Below, in pieces: positions 1 to 11,879 of a DNA stretch of 64,000 nucleotides (positions are counted from its first letter, which is position 1; each line of letters opens with the position of its first letter). The notes below the pieces were generated by a model. It saw only the letters and a list, made by a program, of their open reading frames with translations. It was not told the origin of the DNA and made no database searches. This stretch comes from a virus. Its lineage: Duplodnaviria > Caudoviricetes. The position numbers and the translations under genes are program-made. The stretch spans positions 64,001 to 128,000 of the IMG/VR virus record IMGVR_UViG_3300021399_000106. One strand, given 5' to 3'.

Positions 1-1
1 T

Positions 2-334
2 TATTTACAACAACATGATATAAAAGAAGCTTATGTTACAGAAAGTCAAATAAATGCATTAACTCTATGAACCCATCAACTTCCAGGTATTGCATTATTT
101 GGTACAGGAAGTGAATATCAATATGATATCTTAAATAAATCAGGCATTAGAGTATATAATTTAATGTTTGATGGAGATGCAGCTGGAGATAAAGGCATTA
201 GAGAATTTTTAAGTCACATTAGAAAAGATGTTATTGTAAATATTATTAACATGCCAAGAGGAAAAGATGTTAATGAATTAAGTTATGATGATGTAGAAAA
301 TTTAATTTCTACACAAATGAAAGTAAAATTTTAA
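2..334 (+). CDS. dnaG: DNA primase, C-terminal TOPRIM part (5' end outside the window)
   Basis: Frame 2 reads YVTESQINALTL(W=TGA 68)...FDGDAAG...GKDVNE, the TOPRIM acidic motifs; TAA at 332-334. Confidence 0.8.
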
Positions 335-343
335 GTAATAAAA

Positions 344-352
344 TTGTATAAT
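344..352 (+). promoter_or_regulatory. Recurrent (T/A)TGTATA(A/T) promoter motif, representative copy
   Basis: Intergenic copies on + at about 344, 1283, 5591, 7642, 9705, 11810, 14323, 22679, 23522 and 40398; on - at about 44984, 47423, 48936, 49538, 52093, 55834, 58384, 58665, 60946 and 63534. Each lies shortly upstream of an RBS. Confidence 0.75.
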
Positions 353-408
353 TATTATAAGAGCTCATAGAAGCCTTAAAAATAGAAAGAAAAAGGAGAA
401 TTTAAAAA

Positions 409-1224
409 ATGGCTAACGTTAGTTACGAAGAGTATCAAAAGCAACAAGCTGCAAGACAAGCAGCAAATGGTGGCAATCAAAAACCAGTTCATTTTATGAA
501 CGAATGATTAGCAAAGGATGGAGATTTTGTAGTTGTAAGATTCCCTTACACATCTCAAGCAGATATTCAATTTGAATCTGTTCATAATGTTGTAGGAGTT
601 TTTCCAGGAGATAAGTTTGGAAAAAGTGTAAGATGTACAGGAACAGATGATTGTCCTTTATGCAATAGCAAGGATGAAGCAGTTCAAAAGAGAAAATTAA
701 AATTCTATGCAAAGTTTGTGGTTTATAATCCTACTTCAACAGGTGCAGAATTATGTGCAACAGTTTGGGAAAGACCTTCTGGATTCGCAGATATTGATTT
801 AAAGAATCTAATGACTGAATATGGAGATTTAAGTAATTATTTATTTAAGATTGTAAGAACAGGAAAGGGTACAGATACAAGATATAATATTATTCCTGTT
901 AATATGCAAAGTCCTGTATATTCTCAACCTGCATATTCACAAAAGGATTTCTCATGTTTAGAAGGAATTGATGCAACTAAGATTTTATCAAAGAGCATTG
1001 AACAATATAATCAAGCTTTAAATCCAACAACAGAAGCTACTGAGCAAAAAACTGTTGGAGAATTTAAGGTTCCTGAAAGCAAAACAATTGATGATGCATT
1101 AGGTTTACCTCCACAACAAAATCAAACTGTTGTTACATCTCAACCAACAGCTCAAACAGAAGTACAAAATCAAACAATTTCACAACCAACAAGTACATCT
1201 GGTCCAACAAGATATAAGTTTTAA
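409..1224 (+). CDS. Single-stranded DNA-binding protein, T4 gp32-like, zinc-binding
   Basis: AGGAG RBS, ATG 409, one TGA (505). RCTGTDDCPLC motif, RTGKGTDTRYNI, and a low-complexity tail; lies between primase and polymerase. Confidence 0.7.
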
Positions 1225-1245
1225 TTAACTTATATTAATACTAAT

Positions 1246-1274
1246 AAAAGGTGAAGTTATAAACTTTGCCTTTT
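1246..1274 (+). terminator. Intrinsic terminator after SSB, immediately followed by a TTGTATA promoter motif
   Basis: AAAAGGTGAAGTT..AACTTTGCCTTTT hairpin with T-tract; TTGTATAAT at 1283. Confidence 0.7.
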
Positions 1275-1318
1275 ATTTTTAATTGTATAATTAAACAATA
1301 CTATGCAAGGAGATATAT

Positions 1319-4003
1319 ATGGAAAGATTAGAATCTTTATGAGGCGAAGAAATTGAAGAAGAAATTCCTAAGAGAAAGGAAAAAACTAAAAAAACATTAG
1401 ATAAAATAGCTAAGCCTAAGAAAATAACAGATACTAAAGAAGCAGTATCCAAAACCATTAAAAGCAAAACTATCTCGTTAAAGGAAAAGCTTGAACTTAT
1501 AACAACAGAAGTATTACGAGTATTAGGAAAACAGAAGGATAACATAGTTGTTATAAAGAGTAAGGAACAATATATAGAATATATTCAAAACGCTATTAAA
1601 CGTGGAAAAATAGCGGTAGATACGGAAACTAATAACTCATTGGACCCTATTACTTGTATGTTAATGGGTTTATGTTTATATTATCCAGGTGCTAAACAAG
1701 CATATATACCAGTTAATCATAGAAATTGGGAAACTAAAGAAAGATTAGATTGACAATTAACAGAAGCTGATATACGAGAAGGATTACAATTATTAATAGA
1801 CTCTAATATTGAAGAAGAATATCATAATGGTAAATTTGATAGAGAAGTATTACTATGTACTTGTAATATTGAAATGCCAGTTACAAAAGATACAATGATT
1901 GGAGCAAAATTAATTGATGAAAATGAATATAGTGCCGGATTAAAACAGCAATATATTAGTAAAATTGATCCAGACCAAGAAAAGTATTCTATTGACCACT
2001 TATTTGAAGGTGTAGAATATGCAGATGTAGATCCTGAAATATTTGCTTTATATGCTGCAACAGATTCATTAATGACCGATAAATTAGATAATTGGCAAGA
2101 AGTTATTTTAGAAAGTGACGATTATCAAAGAGTTAACAATCTATATAATGAAACAGAAATTCCATTAATACCTGCTCTTGCTGAAATGGAATTGAACGGA
2201 ATGCTTGTAGATAAGGAATATGCTGCTAGATTAAGTAAGAAATTTCATAATAAGCTAGATAATATTGATAATAATATAAATAATTTACTTACTTCTTTAC
2301 AAGGATTTATCGATGAATGGAAGTTAACACCAAATGCTTTAAATAAACAGATGAAAAAACAATCTGAAAAACAAAGAGCAAATGCAGTTAAAAGTACCAA
2401 TTATGATGATTCACTATGGAAGTATGAAAATGGTGTATGGTATAAGTTAAGTAAGGCAAAAATAGAGCAGCTTGATGAAACATTAACTCCAGAAAGTTTA
2501 GCATCACCAACACAATTAGCAATATTATTATATGATATATTAAAAGCGCCCATTGTTAATGAAGAAAAACCACAGGCAACTGGTGAAGAAGAGCTGAAAG
2601 CTATTGCGGATTCAGCTAAGAAATCAGGTAATTCTGCTCTTGAATCACTATGTGAATTAATGCTTGAAAGACGTGAAGTTGTTAAACTTATATCTACATA
2701 TATTGATACTATTCCAGAAATTGCAAAGAGATGGCCTGATGGTAGAGCTAGAACTCACTTTAATCAATACGGTGCTGCAACGGGTAGATTAAGTTCATCA
2801 GATCCAATTAATTTCCAAAACATTCCTTCTCACGAAAAATCTATTAGATTATTATTTAGAGCAGCTCCAGGTTATCGTATAATTGGTGCTGACTTCTCAG
2901 CCCAAGAACCAAGGCTTGTTGCTCACTATAGTCAAGATGATAATATGTTAAATGCATATTTAAATAAACAAGACTTATATTCAGTTATTGCGTCTCAATC
3001 ATTCAATGTTCCTTATGAAGATTGTTTGGAATTCTATCCAGAAGGAACTGAAATTCTATTTGAAGGTAAAAAAGTAGTATGTGGATATAAAACACATTTA
3101 AATACAGAGGGTAAAGCTAGAAGAACACAAGCAAAATCAATATTACTTGGCTTGCTTTATGGTAGAGGTGCTGCATCAATCGGAGAGCAATTAGGAAAAA
3201 GTAGAGAAGAAGCACAGGAAATTATTGATAAATTCTTTAAAGCCTTTCCTAAAGTTAAAAAGTGGATTGACGAAACTGTTGAATTCTGTAGAAAAAATGG
3301 TTATGTTGAGGATGTAGGTGGTAGACGTAGAAGATTACCTGATATTCAATTACCCCAATATACTATTAGATATATAAATAAAACTATGGCAAATGGTGAT
3401 TTTAATCCATTTATTGGTTGCGAAGATAGATTAACATCAAATAAATTATTTAAAGAGTATGAAGATAAATTATCTAAGATAAAATCAAGAAAACAATATG
3501 AAGCAATTAAATCAGAGGCTTTAGATAATGGTATTGAAATTATTAATAATGGCGGATTTATTAGTCAGGCTGAGAGACAGTGTGTTAATGCAAGAGTGCA
3601 AGGTGGTGCAGCTACATTAACAAAATCAGCATTAATAATGATTTATAATGATAAGAGATTAAAAGATTTAGGTGCAAAATTAATTAATTGTGTTCATGAT
3701 GAAATCTTAATTGAGGCACCAGTTGAAAATTCAGAATTAGCTGCTCAATATTTATGTGAGGATATGATTGACTCAGCTAAAAAGTATGTTCCAGTTGTTC
3801 CAATGAGCGTTGATGCTTATAATGTTGATGCTTGGTATATGGATGAGTATGCATCTATAATTCAAAAAGACTATAAAAAACTATTAGAAAAAGGTGTTAC
3901 GGAAAAGGATGCAGAGAATACTATAATTGAAAAATATTGTGAGTTATTACCTGAGCAGGTTAAGGAAGCAATTCATACTGGGGAAATGCATATCAATTAT
4001 TAG
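1319..4003 (+). CDS. polA: DNA polymerase family A with 3'-5' exonuclease domain (894 aa)
   Basis: AAGGAG RBS, ATG 1319, TGA at 1340 and 1751. AVDTET (ExoI), ATGRLSS..NFQNIP, ADFSAQEPR (motif A), RTQAKSILLGLLYG (motif B), VHDE (motif C). Confidence 0.95.
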
Positions 4004-4062
4004 AACTAAATTAATCATAAAAATTTAATATAAGAAATTAAGAAGTAAAGAGGGTTTAAATA

Positions 4063-4902
4063 GTGACAAATGAAAACAAAAGCAACTATCTAGGTTGAAA
4101 GGTATGAAATCCTACAGATGAAGAATTCGCAGAATTTTATACAGATAAACCTAAGGAACCGTTCCCTTTATTAGAGAACGAATATCTATTAATTTATGTA
4201 GATGATAAATTAGTAGATTCATATTGCAAGGAAGGAGATCATTTAAGGCGATTTAAACACAACACAATTAAAATAAAAGATAAAGAAACCATAGTTCCTA
4301 GAAATGATGAACAAAAGTGTGCATTTGATTTAATGAAGAATGATGATATAAAGGTTAAATTATTAACAGGAACTTGAGGTTCAGGTAAAACATTTATTTT
4401 AGTGTCTGCAGCATTAGAGGCATTGAAAGCTCATAAATTTGATAGAATTGTGTGAATTAGAAATAATGTTGATGTTAAAGATACCAAAGATTTAGGTGCA
4501 TTACCAGGTGAAGTAAATGATAAATTAAAACCTTTCTTAGGACCTTTCATTGACCATTGTGGTGAAAGAGAGGTTGAAAGAATGATTGAGGATGGTTTAT
4601 TAACTGTAGAACCTTTACAATCATTAAGAGGTAGAAATTTTGAAAATACACTAATTATGTGTTCTGAAGCTGAAAACCTAACAAAAGAACATATTCAATT
4701 AATTATTGCAAGAGCAGCTGAAGGAAGTGCAGTCTGACTAGATGCGGATTGTCGTCAACGCGATAAGGCAACATTTGAAAAATCAAAAGGTGTTGAAACG
4801 TTAATTGAAAGATTACAAGGTAATGAATTATTTGGTTATGTACATTTAATTAAAACAGAACGTTCTGCAACAGCTAGATTAGCAGATTTATTAAATGATT
4901 AG
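4063..4902 (+). CDS. phoH: PhoH-family ATPase (absent from the ORF track)
   Basis: GTG start; five TGA and no TGG. Walker A GT(W)GSGKT, LGALPG, LRGRNF, EAENLT, DADCRQRD, RSATARLA; TAG at 4900. Confidence 0.9.
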
Positions 4903-4911
4903 GAGATTAAA

Positions 4912-5541
4912 ATGAATAATGTAACAATAAATACAAAACGTATGAGAATTATGATAGGTATTTTAGGTATATTACTTCCTTGATTAGTAGCACTAATTAC
5001 CTTATCTTGGCCTGGTTCAATTTCTGAAACTTATTATTCATTGTTTGCAGTAGGAACATTTATGGTGGTTTTAGGAAGTGCGGGTATATTATTAGTTAAT
5101 TATAAAGGTTATGAGAAAATAGATGATATTACGGCAACAATAGCCGGTATATTTGGTATATTAATATGTTTATTTCCAATGACGTATTTACCAGAGCCTA
5201 GCACACTTACAGGGGTACTGCATTTACCTTCAAATATAAGTAATATATTCCATTGTATAAGTGCTTTTGGATTCTTTGGAACATTAGCATTTATGTCATA
5301 TTTCCTATTTACTAAATCAGATGGAGAAATGACAAAACAAAAGAAAATTAAAAATATTATTTATAGAATATGTGGAATTGGAATGATGGGTTCATTCTTA
5401 CTAATGTTATTAAATTTCTTTTCTTGGGCACCTTATAATTTAACTTGGATAGTAGAAGCCATTGCATTATTCTTCTTCGGTGTAAGTTGGATTGTAAAAT
5501 CAGATGCTATACCATTTTTACAGGATAAACGTATATCATAG
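4912..5541 (+). CDS. Multi-pass membrane protein
   Basis: ATG 4912 after AGGAG, TGA at 4981; several hydrophobic segments and a SISETYY motif. Confidence 0.75.
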
Positions 5542-5644
5542 AAAATATAATAAATATAATAAATTAACCGCTTAATCGCGGTTTTTTATTTTGTATAATT
5601 GTATATATAATATATAAAAACTGAAAAGGAGATTTATATAAAAT

Positions 5645-6430
5645 ATGAGTTTAGTAATTGCAATTAAAGATAAAGGAAGAGTTGTATTAGGTGCTGATAA
5701 ACAAGTATCTTATGGTAATAATAAAGACCACTCTTGTACAAAAATATGGGAAGTCGTTGGTTTACCTGGTGCTATAATGGGTGGTGTTGGTTCTGCTAGA
5801 GCTAGTCAAATTATTCAATATGCTGATATAATTGATAAAAATACTATTAACGATGATTTAGGTATTGAATTTGTAATTAGATATTTAGCACCTACTTTAG
5901 TGGCAACTTTAAATGCTAATGGTGTTCCTTGTGATGTACCAACAGATCCTGAAACCGGAATTAAAGGTGGCTGTATTATGATGCCTAATGCTTTCCTATT
6001 TGCTTATAATGACAGAGCTTGGATGATTTGGCATGATTTATCAGTAACTGAAATTGAAGACTATTTAGCTATTGGTAGTGGTTCAGAGGTGGCAAAAGGG
6101 GCATTATTTGCAACTCAAGGACAAAATCCATTTGAAAGAATTGTAACGGCAATTGATGCAGCATCTTCAGCAACTATTGGTGTTGATGACGGTATTGATT
6201 TATTAGTAACAGAAGAAAGAAATACTGATATGAAAAATGTTGCAAAGGCATTTGGAGTAGAAATTAAAAAGACAGAAGAAAAATTAGATAAATTAGAAGA
6301 AAAGAAAGTTGAAATGGAATCTGGCGAGGAATCAGAAACAACTGAAAACGATACTAATGTAGTTGAAGAAGTTAAGGAAAAGAAAACAAAGAAAACAAAG
6401 TCTAAAAAAGAAACTGTTAAGGAGGATTAA
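5645..6430 (+). CDS. Ntn-hydrolase, HslV/proteasome-beta-like protein with a charged C-terminal tail
   Basis: MSLVIAI..VLGADKQ..K and YLAIGSG pattern; Ser in place of the N-terminal Thr. Confidence 0.7.
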   Translation: MSLVIAIKDKGRVVLGADKQVSYGNNKDHSCTKIWEVVGLPGAIMGGVGSARASQIIQYADIIDKNTINDDLGIEFVIRYLAPTLVATLNANGVPCDVPTDPETGIKGGCIMMPNAFLFAYNDRAWMIWHDLSVTEIEDYLAIGSGSEVAKGALFATQGQNPFERIVTAIDAASSATIGVDDGIDLLVTEERNTDMKNVAKAFGVEIKKTEEKLDKLEEKKVEMESGEESETTENDTNVVEEVKEKKTKKTKSKKETVKED

Positions 6431-6432
6431 TT

Positions 6433-6624
6433 ATGACTAAAAAAGAATTCAATGCAGTAAGAGAATTAATTGTTAGAACTTGTAGCTCTGAAAATTTAAC
6501 AAGTTTATGTCACTATTATGGTGTAACAACTTCAGAATTTTATGAATATGTGGATGAATTAGCTTTAGAAGGTTTTAAAGATAAATATAATCAACATAAT
6601 CATCCAGAACATAATAAGGAGTAG
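6433..6624 (+). CDS. Hypothetical protein
   Basis: ORF with AGGAGG RBS inside an operon. Confidence 0.6.
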   Translation: MTKKEFNAVRELIVRTCSSENLTSLCHYYGVTTSEFYEYVDELALEGFKDKYNQHNHPEHNKE

Positions 6625-6629
6625 ATAAT

Positions 6630-7103
6630 ATGAGTAATAATTTAGGTTTTTGGCAAGAAGCCGATAAATATGGTTGTTTTAGTAATTTTTATCCTTGTAG
6701 TTTTACTTGGAATGGAAGAAAATTTAATTGCTCTGAACAAGCATTTATGTGGGCTAAGGCAACATATTTTAAAGATGATGATACCGCAATAAAAATTATG
6801 TCAGAGAGTGATCCTAAAAAGATTAAAAAATTAGGTAGAACTGTAAAAGATTTCAATGATGAAGAATGGTCAAAAGTTAGATATAATTTTATGTTACAAA
6901 TCAACCATGAAAAATATCGTCAAAATTTAGATTTAAGAAAAATTTTATTATCCACTGGGGATATTACTATTGTTGAAGATTCTCCTTTTGATTATATATG
7001 GGGAATTGGTAAAGATGGTAGTGGTCAAAACTTATTAGGTAAGGTTTTAATGGAAGTTAGACAATATTATCAAAATATTAGAAATGAAGCAACAGAGGAA
7101 TAA
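6630..7103 (+). CDS. NADAR (YbiA-like) family hydrolase
   Basis: FSNFY, SEQAFMWAKA, KKLGR, IVEDSPFDYIWGIG, GQNLLGKVLMEVR. Confidence 0.92.
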   Translation: MSNNLGFWQEADKYGCFSNFYPCSFTWNGRKFNCSEQAFMWAKATYFKDDDTAIKIMSESDPKKIKKLGRTVKDFNDEEWSKVRYNFMLQINHEKYRQNLDLRKILLSTGDITIVEDSPFDYIWGIGKDGSGQNLLGKVLMEVRQYYQNIRNEATEE

Positions 7104-7105
7104 AT

Positions 7106-7636
7106 ATGATTAAGTTTGAAAAAGTAAGCTATGATGAATTTAAAAAAGCTATGAATATATTTTTTCCTCAAAATGAAGACGTTATAGAAGAAATATATAA
7201 TAATATTAAATTACCAAAAAGAGGTTCTAAACGTTCTGCAGGATATGACATTTATTCACCTATTGATTTTGATTTAACTGTCCGTAATACCATTGTTCCT
7301 ACATTTTTTGATTCAAGTAAACCAATTATAATACCATTAGGTATAAAGGCTCAAATGCCTGATGATATGTTTTTAAACATTGTTCCTAGAAGTAGTGTTG
7401 GTTTTAAATCTGGAACATATTTAGCAAATACTATTGGTATTATTGATAGCGATTATTATAATAATGAAAAGAATGAAGGACATATAATGATAAAACTTGT
7501 TCCTGGATTTGAGGATTTATATGTTAATGCTGGAGACAGAATAGTTCAAGGTATTTTTACTAGATATTATATTACTGATGACGATGAAGCCCAAGATGAT
7601 AGAAAAGGTGGATTCGGAAGTACCGGAAGTAATTAA
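7106..7636 (+). CDS. dut: Trimeric dUTPase
   Basis: SAGYD, PRSS, GIIDSDYY, GDRIVQ, RKGGFGSTG motifs. Confidence 0.95.
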   Translation: MIKFEKVSYDEFKKAMNIFFPQNEDVIEEIYNNIKLPKRGSKRSAGYDIYSPIDFDLTVRNTIVPTFFDSSKPIIIPLGIKAQMPDDMFLNIVPRSSVGFKSGTYLANTIGIIDSDYYNNEKNEGHIMIKLVPGFEDLYVNAGDRIVQGIFTRYYITDDDEAQDDRKGGFGSTGSN

Positions 7637-7675
7637 TTATATTGTATAATATTTAAGAAAAGAGGTAAAAGTAAT

Positions 7676-8197
7676 ATGTATACTATTGAAACTAATATAG
7701 AATTACCTATTGCACACTGTTTATATAGAGGTGCATATAGTGGTTTATGCTGTGGTAATGTTTATAGAGATTTAAAAAATGATGGTGAAAAGGAAAGATA
7801 TGATTTAGGAGATTGTATATTTCCTATAATCCACGGTCATAATTATTTTGTAACTGTAGCATTAACAACAAATGAGCTAGATAAAAATGGAATGGTTGTA
7901 GATTTTAAGAAAATGAAGAAAATTATTCATGATTATTTTGACCAATATGACCATAGTATGATTCTAACACCTGATAATCCATTAACTCAAGCATATATTG
8001 AAAATTTTAAACAAAATGGTATTGATTTAAATAGAAGTAGATTATTTATTTGGAATGAAAATCCAACAGCCGAATATATGGCAAAATTATGGTATGATAT
8101 TATGTTAGAAAAATTTAAATCTGAAGGATTAAATGTAAATTCTTTGGCAATAACAGTTGAAGAAACATCACATAATAAAGTAACTTATACAGAATAG
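7676..8197 (+). CDS. queD: 6-carboxy-tetrahydropterin synthase
   Basis: AHCL...C, IHGHNY, GMVVDF, DH, NPTAE and ET motifs. Confidence 0.9.
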   Translation: MYTIETNIELPIAHCLYRGAYSGLCCGNVYRDLKNDGEKERYDLGDCIFPIIHGHNYFVTVALTTNELDKNGMVVDFKKMKKIIHDYFDQYDHSMILTPDNPLTQAYIENFKQNGIDLNRSRLFIWNENPTAEYMAKLWYDIMLEKFKSEGLNVNSLAITVEETSHNKVTYTE

Positions 8198-8210
8198 AAA
8201 GGAAAGTAAT

Positions 8211-8510
8211 ATGGAATTAACAAGTAAATTTTTAGGTAAAGAATTTGAAGGATTTAAAGTAGTTAAATATTTTGTTAAGAATGAGTATAAAAAGGTTTAT
8301 AAGAATCCTAAACAAAAAAATCATAGAGCATATAGTTATGAATTATATAATGAAACTACTAAGCAACATTTAACTATTAGCGGTAATCAATTAAGATTAT
8401 TAAATGAAGGTAAAAGAACAATTTCTCAAATGTTATCAGTTGATAATAGAGGAGGAAACAAAAATCCTCAAATTAATGCCTATAAAAAGTGGTTAAAATC
8501 ACAAAAGTAG
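8211..8510 (+). CDS. Hypothetical basic protein
   Basis: ORF with RBS, followed by a hairpin. Confidence 0.6.
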   Translation: MELTSKFLGKEFEGFKVVKYFVKNEYKKVYKNPKQKNHRAYSYELYNETTKQHLTISGNQLRLLNEGKRTISQMLSVDNRGGNKNPQINAYKKWLKSQK

Positions 8511-8605
8511 AATAACCTTATTTTTAAGGTTATTTATTTATCGTATATAAATTTATATAACAATTTAAAAAATATAAATAACAAGAAATTTGAAAGGAAT
8601 AACAT

Positions 8606-8986
8606 ATGTATAATAAAGATAATAAGTTATATGTTGAATGAAAAGATATTGAAAATTATGTAACTGAATTAGCAATTGAAGTTTGTAGAGATTTAAATAA
8701 ATGTCCTAATGGAGTTTATGGAGTTCCTAGAGGCGGTTTAATTTTAGCAACCTTAATAAGTTATAAATTAAATATACCACTTTTATTAGCACCTACAAAG
8801 GATTGTCTTATTGTTGATGATATAGCTGATAGCGGTAGAACATTACTACACTACACTGAAAACGATACACAATTTAATAAATATTATATTTCAACAATGT
8901 TTTATCATAAGAGAAGTATGGTAAAACCTGATTATTATGCATTTGAAAAAACTGATGAATGGATTGTTTATCCTTGAGAAGAGTAG
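8606..8986 (+). CDS. Gpt-like purine phosphoribosyltransferase (absent from the ORF track)
   Basis: LYVE(W), GVPRGG, LIVDDIADSGRT (PRPP loop) and C-terminal WIVYP(W)EE; two TGA at Trp positions typical of Gpt. Confidence 0.88.
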
Positions 8987-8994
8987 GTTATAAT

Positions 8995-9705
8995 ATGGAA
9001 GAATTAAAAAGAGAAGAAAATAAGCATATTGGTTATACTCCATTAAGATTAAAATGACAGAATGGAGAGTTAACTAGGTTAAATTGAGATATTGTTATTA
9101 GAGATGAAGAATATTTTGGTTATCATTTAGGTCCTGATTTTGATAATTATGACGAAAGTGATAAGGAAAAATACCTATATAGATATGATACCTGATTTAT
9201 ATGTAAAAGAGATTGTCCTGAAGATAAAATAATTGATAATTTAATTTCATGTAGTAGAGACGAAATGCAAGTTAGATGAGGATTTAGCATTAAAGAGGAT
9301 TCTTATTTAAAATATAAATGGGATGAATATGACCTTAGAACTAATGTAAAATATAATATAACAAGAAATGATGAATTATTTTATGAAGGTTGCTGTGGCT
9401 CTTTAGAAGGTGCATATGTAAATGCAATGAAAATTATATATCAATTAGAGGATTCAGCAGCAGAGATTACTACTATAGACTGGAATAAAAATATAATAGG
9501 AACAAAAGTTTGGTATTGTGATCAACCAGCTACTATTCAAAGCGTTTATCGAAGTGAAATGTATCTAGTTCCGGATAAGGAATTTATAAAAGAATTTAAA
9601 GAACCTGAATCTTGAAAAGGTGAGGATTGAATGTATTGAGGCGACTATAAAGATGGTTTATATGTAGAAATATGAGATCCTCGAATTACTTGATTTAGAA
9701 AATAA
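8995..9705 (+). CDS. Hypothetical Trp-rich protein
   Basis: Continuous frame from ATG 8995 to TAA 9703 with 9 TGA and 3 TGG. Confidence 0.7.
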
Positions 9706-9745
9706 TGTATAATAACATATCATATAATTGAAAGGAAACTAAACT

Positions 9746-10522
9746 ATGATAAGAGTAAATGAAAATGGTGAAAATCAAATAGGACTTGTAAATATCTTTC
9801 CTTCTATTAATGGAGAAGGTCACGCATCTGGTAAACCAACGGTATTTATTAGAGTGTTTGGTTGTAATTTACGTTGCGTTTGGTGTGACACAAAAGAAAG
9901 TTGGACTGAAGATAATTTATTAAAGGTATATCCTGAAAGATTAAATAATGTTTTAAAATGGAAAACTGCTAAAGAAATATTTAATGAAGTAGAATCATTA
10001 GAACAAAATTGGTATCATAAATCTATTTGTTTAACAGGTGGTGAACCTTTACATTTAGCCAATACTGATTTTATGTTAAATGAATTATTACCATTATTTG
10101 TAAATGCAAATTATGATGTAAGTATTGAAACTGATGGTGGAATTGATTATAAACCTTATAAGGAAAAATTTGGTGATTCTAAGGTAATTAATGGTAATGG
10201 AGATAGAGTAGGTGTAACTATTATTGCTGATTATAAGTTACCTTCTTCAGGAATGACTAAAATGATGATTAAGGATAATTTTAAAATATATTCTGAAATG
10301 GATTTAATAAAAATGGTTATATCTGATAATGAAGAAGATTGGAAGGAATTAGAAAATGTTGTTAATTCCGGAACTAAAGCAAGTATTTATTTAAGTCCTT
10401 GTTTTGGACAAGTTACAATGAACAGAATTCCTGAATTTGTAATGAAACATTCTGATAAACCTATCAGAGCACAAATTCAAGTACATAAAATATTTTGGGA
10501 GCCAACAAAAAAGGACGTGTAA
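9746..10522 (+). CDS. queE: 7-carboxy-7-deazaguanine synthase (radical SAM)
   Basis: IFPSINGEG, VFIRVFGCNLRCVWCDT, LTGGEP, SIETDG, QIQVHK. Confidence 0.93.
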   Translation: MIRVNENGENQIGLVNIFPSINGEGHASGKPTVFIRVFGCNLRCVWCDTKESWTEDNLLKVYPERLNNVLKWKTAKEIFNEVESLEQNWYHKSICLTGGEPLHLANTDFMLNELLPLFVNANYDVSIETDGGIDYKPYKEKFGDSKVINGNGDRVGVTIIADYKLPSSGMTKMMIKDNFKIYSEMDLIKMVISDNEEDWKELENVVNSGTKASIYLSPCFGQVTMNRIPEFVMKHSDKPIRAQIQVHKIFWEPTKKDV

Positions 10523-10526
10523 AAAT

Positions 10527-11009
10527 ATGATTAATTTAAATGGAGTAAGAGGCAGTGGTAAAACTGTAAATTTAGTAAAGTTAGCTAATAATAATTATGA
10601 ATTAGGACATCTATCTGTAATTATTACAATATGACCACATATGAGATTTATTTATAAAAATGCTGGTTTAAATGAAAATATACCAGTTATCACATTAAGA
10701 CAATATTTAGAGGATCCTAAGGCATTTGATAGCTATGATATTTTTATAGATGAACTTGAATATGTTTTAAGTACTAATTTATTTATCCACGGTAATTTGA
10801 GAGCATTTACTACCGAAAAGGAAAATGTAAAAGAACTTAAGAGAGAAGATTGGGATAAAAATTATCGTTTAAATTCTCTTATAGAAACTACTATTAACGA
10901 ATTTAAGAAAACATTTGGTTATAAGTATGAAGAAATACTTAATACAATATCAAAAGAAGATATTATAAAAGGTGTAGAAAAAATATTAAAGGAGATTCAA
11001 AATGATTAA
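10527..11009 (+). CDS. Small P-loop protein
   Basis: ATG 10527, GVRGSGKT, IFIDE; TGA at 10632. Confidence 0.6.
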
Positions 11010-11391
11010 AGTATTTATTAGTGTACCAATGAAAAATAGAAAAAAGGAAGATATTGAATATTCAATTCGTAAGATGAAAAGAATTGCTAGATCATATTTA
11101 GCAGAAAATGATATTGAAGCAGATAATATTGACTTTATTAATACTATTGTTTCAGAAAATCCTCCTAAAGAGGTGAATGAAAAAATTTGGTATTTAGGAG
11201 CAGCAATTCAATTATTAGCTAAGGCAGATTATTTAGTAACTATAAATTATGAAGATAGTTATGGTTATTCTGGATGTGAAATTGAAAGACACGCCTTTTA
11301 TGCTTATAAAGGAGAAGATAACATAATACAAATACCATTAGCTTATATTTTATCAGACAATGAAAAATTAAATTACAACACGGAAAAGTAA
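11002..11391 (+). CDS. Nucleoside 2-deoxyribosyltransferase-like (DUF4406-type) protein
   Basis: KVFISVPM..., LLAKAD, SGCEIE pattern. Confidence 0.6.
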   Translation: MIKVFISVPMKNRKKEDIEYSIRKMKRIARSYLAENDIEADNIDFINTIVSENPPKEVNEKIWYLGAAIQLLAKADYLVTINYEDSYGYSGCEIERHAFYAYKGEDNIIQIPLAYILSDNEKLNYNTEK

Positions 11392-11416
11392 TTTAATAGT
11401 TAAGGAGCTATAGTTT

Positions 11417-11809
11417 ATGCCTTATGATAAAGATATTATAGCCAGATATGAATATCAAGCTTTAGGAAGAGTTATTGCAGTTGACTTTGATAGTACAATA
11501 ACACAACATAGGCCCTATCCTCAAAAAGCACCTTTAAATGAGAAAGCTAAAAAATATCTGGATAAACTAAATGAAAAAGGATTCAGAATTGTTTTATGGA
11601 CGTCTAGATTAGAAGATGATTTAGAAGAAGCTTATGATAGATGTATAAATGAATTTGGATTATCATATTTAATTAAAGATAATTCAGATCTTATTCACGG
11701 TGCAACAGGTAAACTTGTAGCATCATTCTATATTGATGATAACTCTTATGTAAATAAAAAAGTACCGTGGAGAAAGATATATAAATACTTATTAAAAAAA
11801 TACAAATAA
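11417..11809 (+). CDS. HAD-superfamily phosphatase
   Basis: IAVDFDST, LWTSR, K, YIDD motifs. Confidence 0.8.
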   Translation: MPYDKDIIARYEYQALGRVIAVDFDSTITQHRPYPQKAPLNEKAKKYLDKLNEKGFRIVLWTSRLEDDLEEAYDRCINEFGLSYLIKDNSDLIHGATGKLVASFYIDDNSYVNKKVPWRKIYKYLLKKYK

Positions 11810-11825
11810 TTGTATAATATATATA

Positions 11826-11873
11826 ACGCAGTTCGAACTCAAAATCCTGCGTAATAAATTAAAACTAAAGGAG
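11826..11873 (+). ncRNA. Putative preQ1-I riboswitch overlapping the queF RBS
   Basis: Stem ACGCAG/CTGCGT; loop begins TTCG and ends in C; A-rich tail ends AAAACTAA and runs into AAGGAG; begins just after the TTGTATAAT promoter motif at 11810; directly upstream of queF. Confidence 0.78.
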
Positions 11874-11879
11874 ATAAAA

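Noticed and set aside
2911-2914. AGG reassigned to Met, as in some uncultured Bacilli
   Set aside because: AGG encodes the conserved Arg of PolA motif A (QEPR). This is only one diagnostic site.
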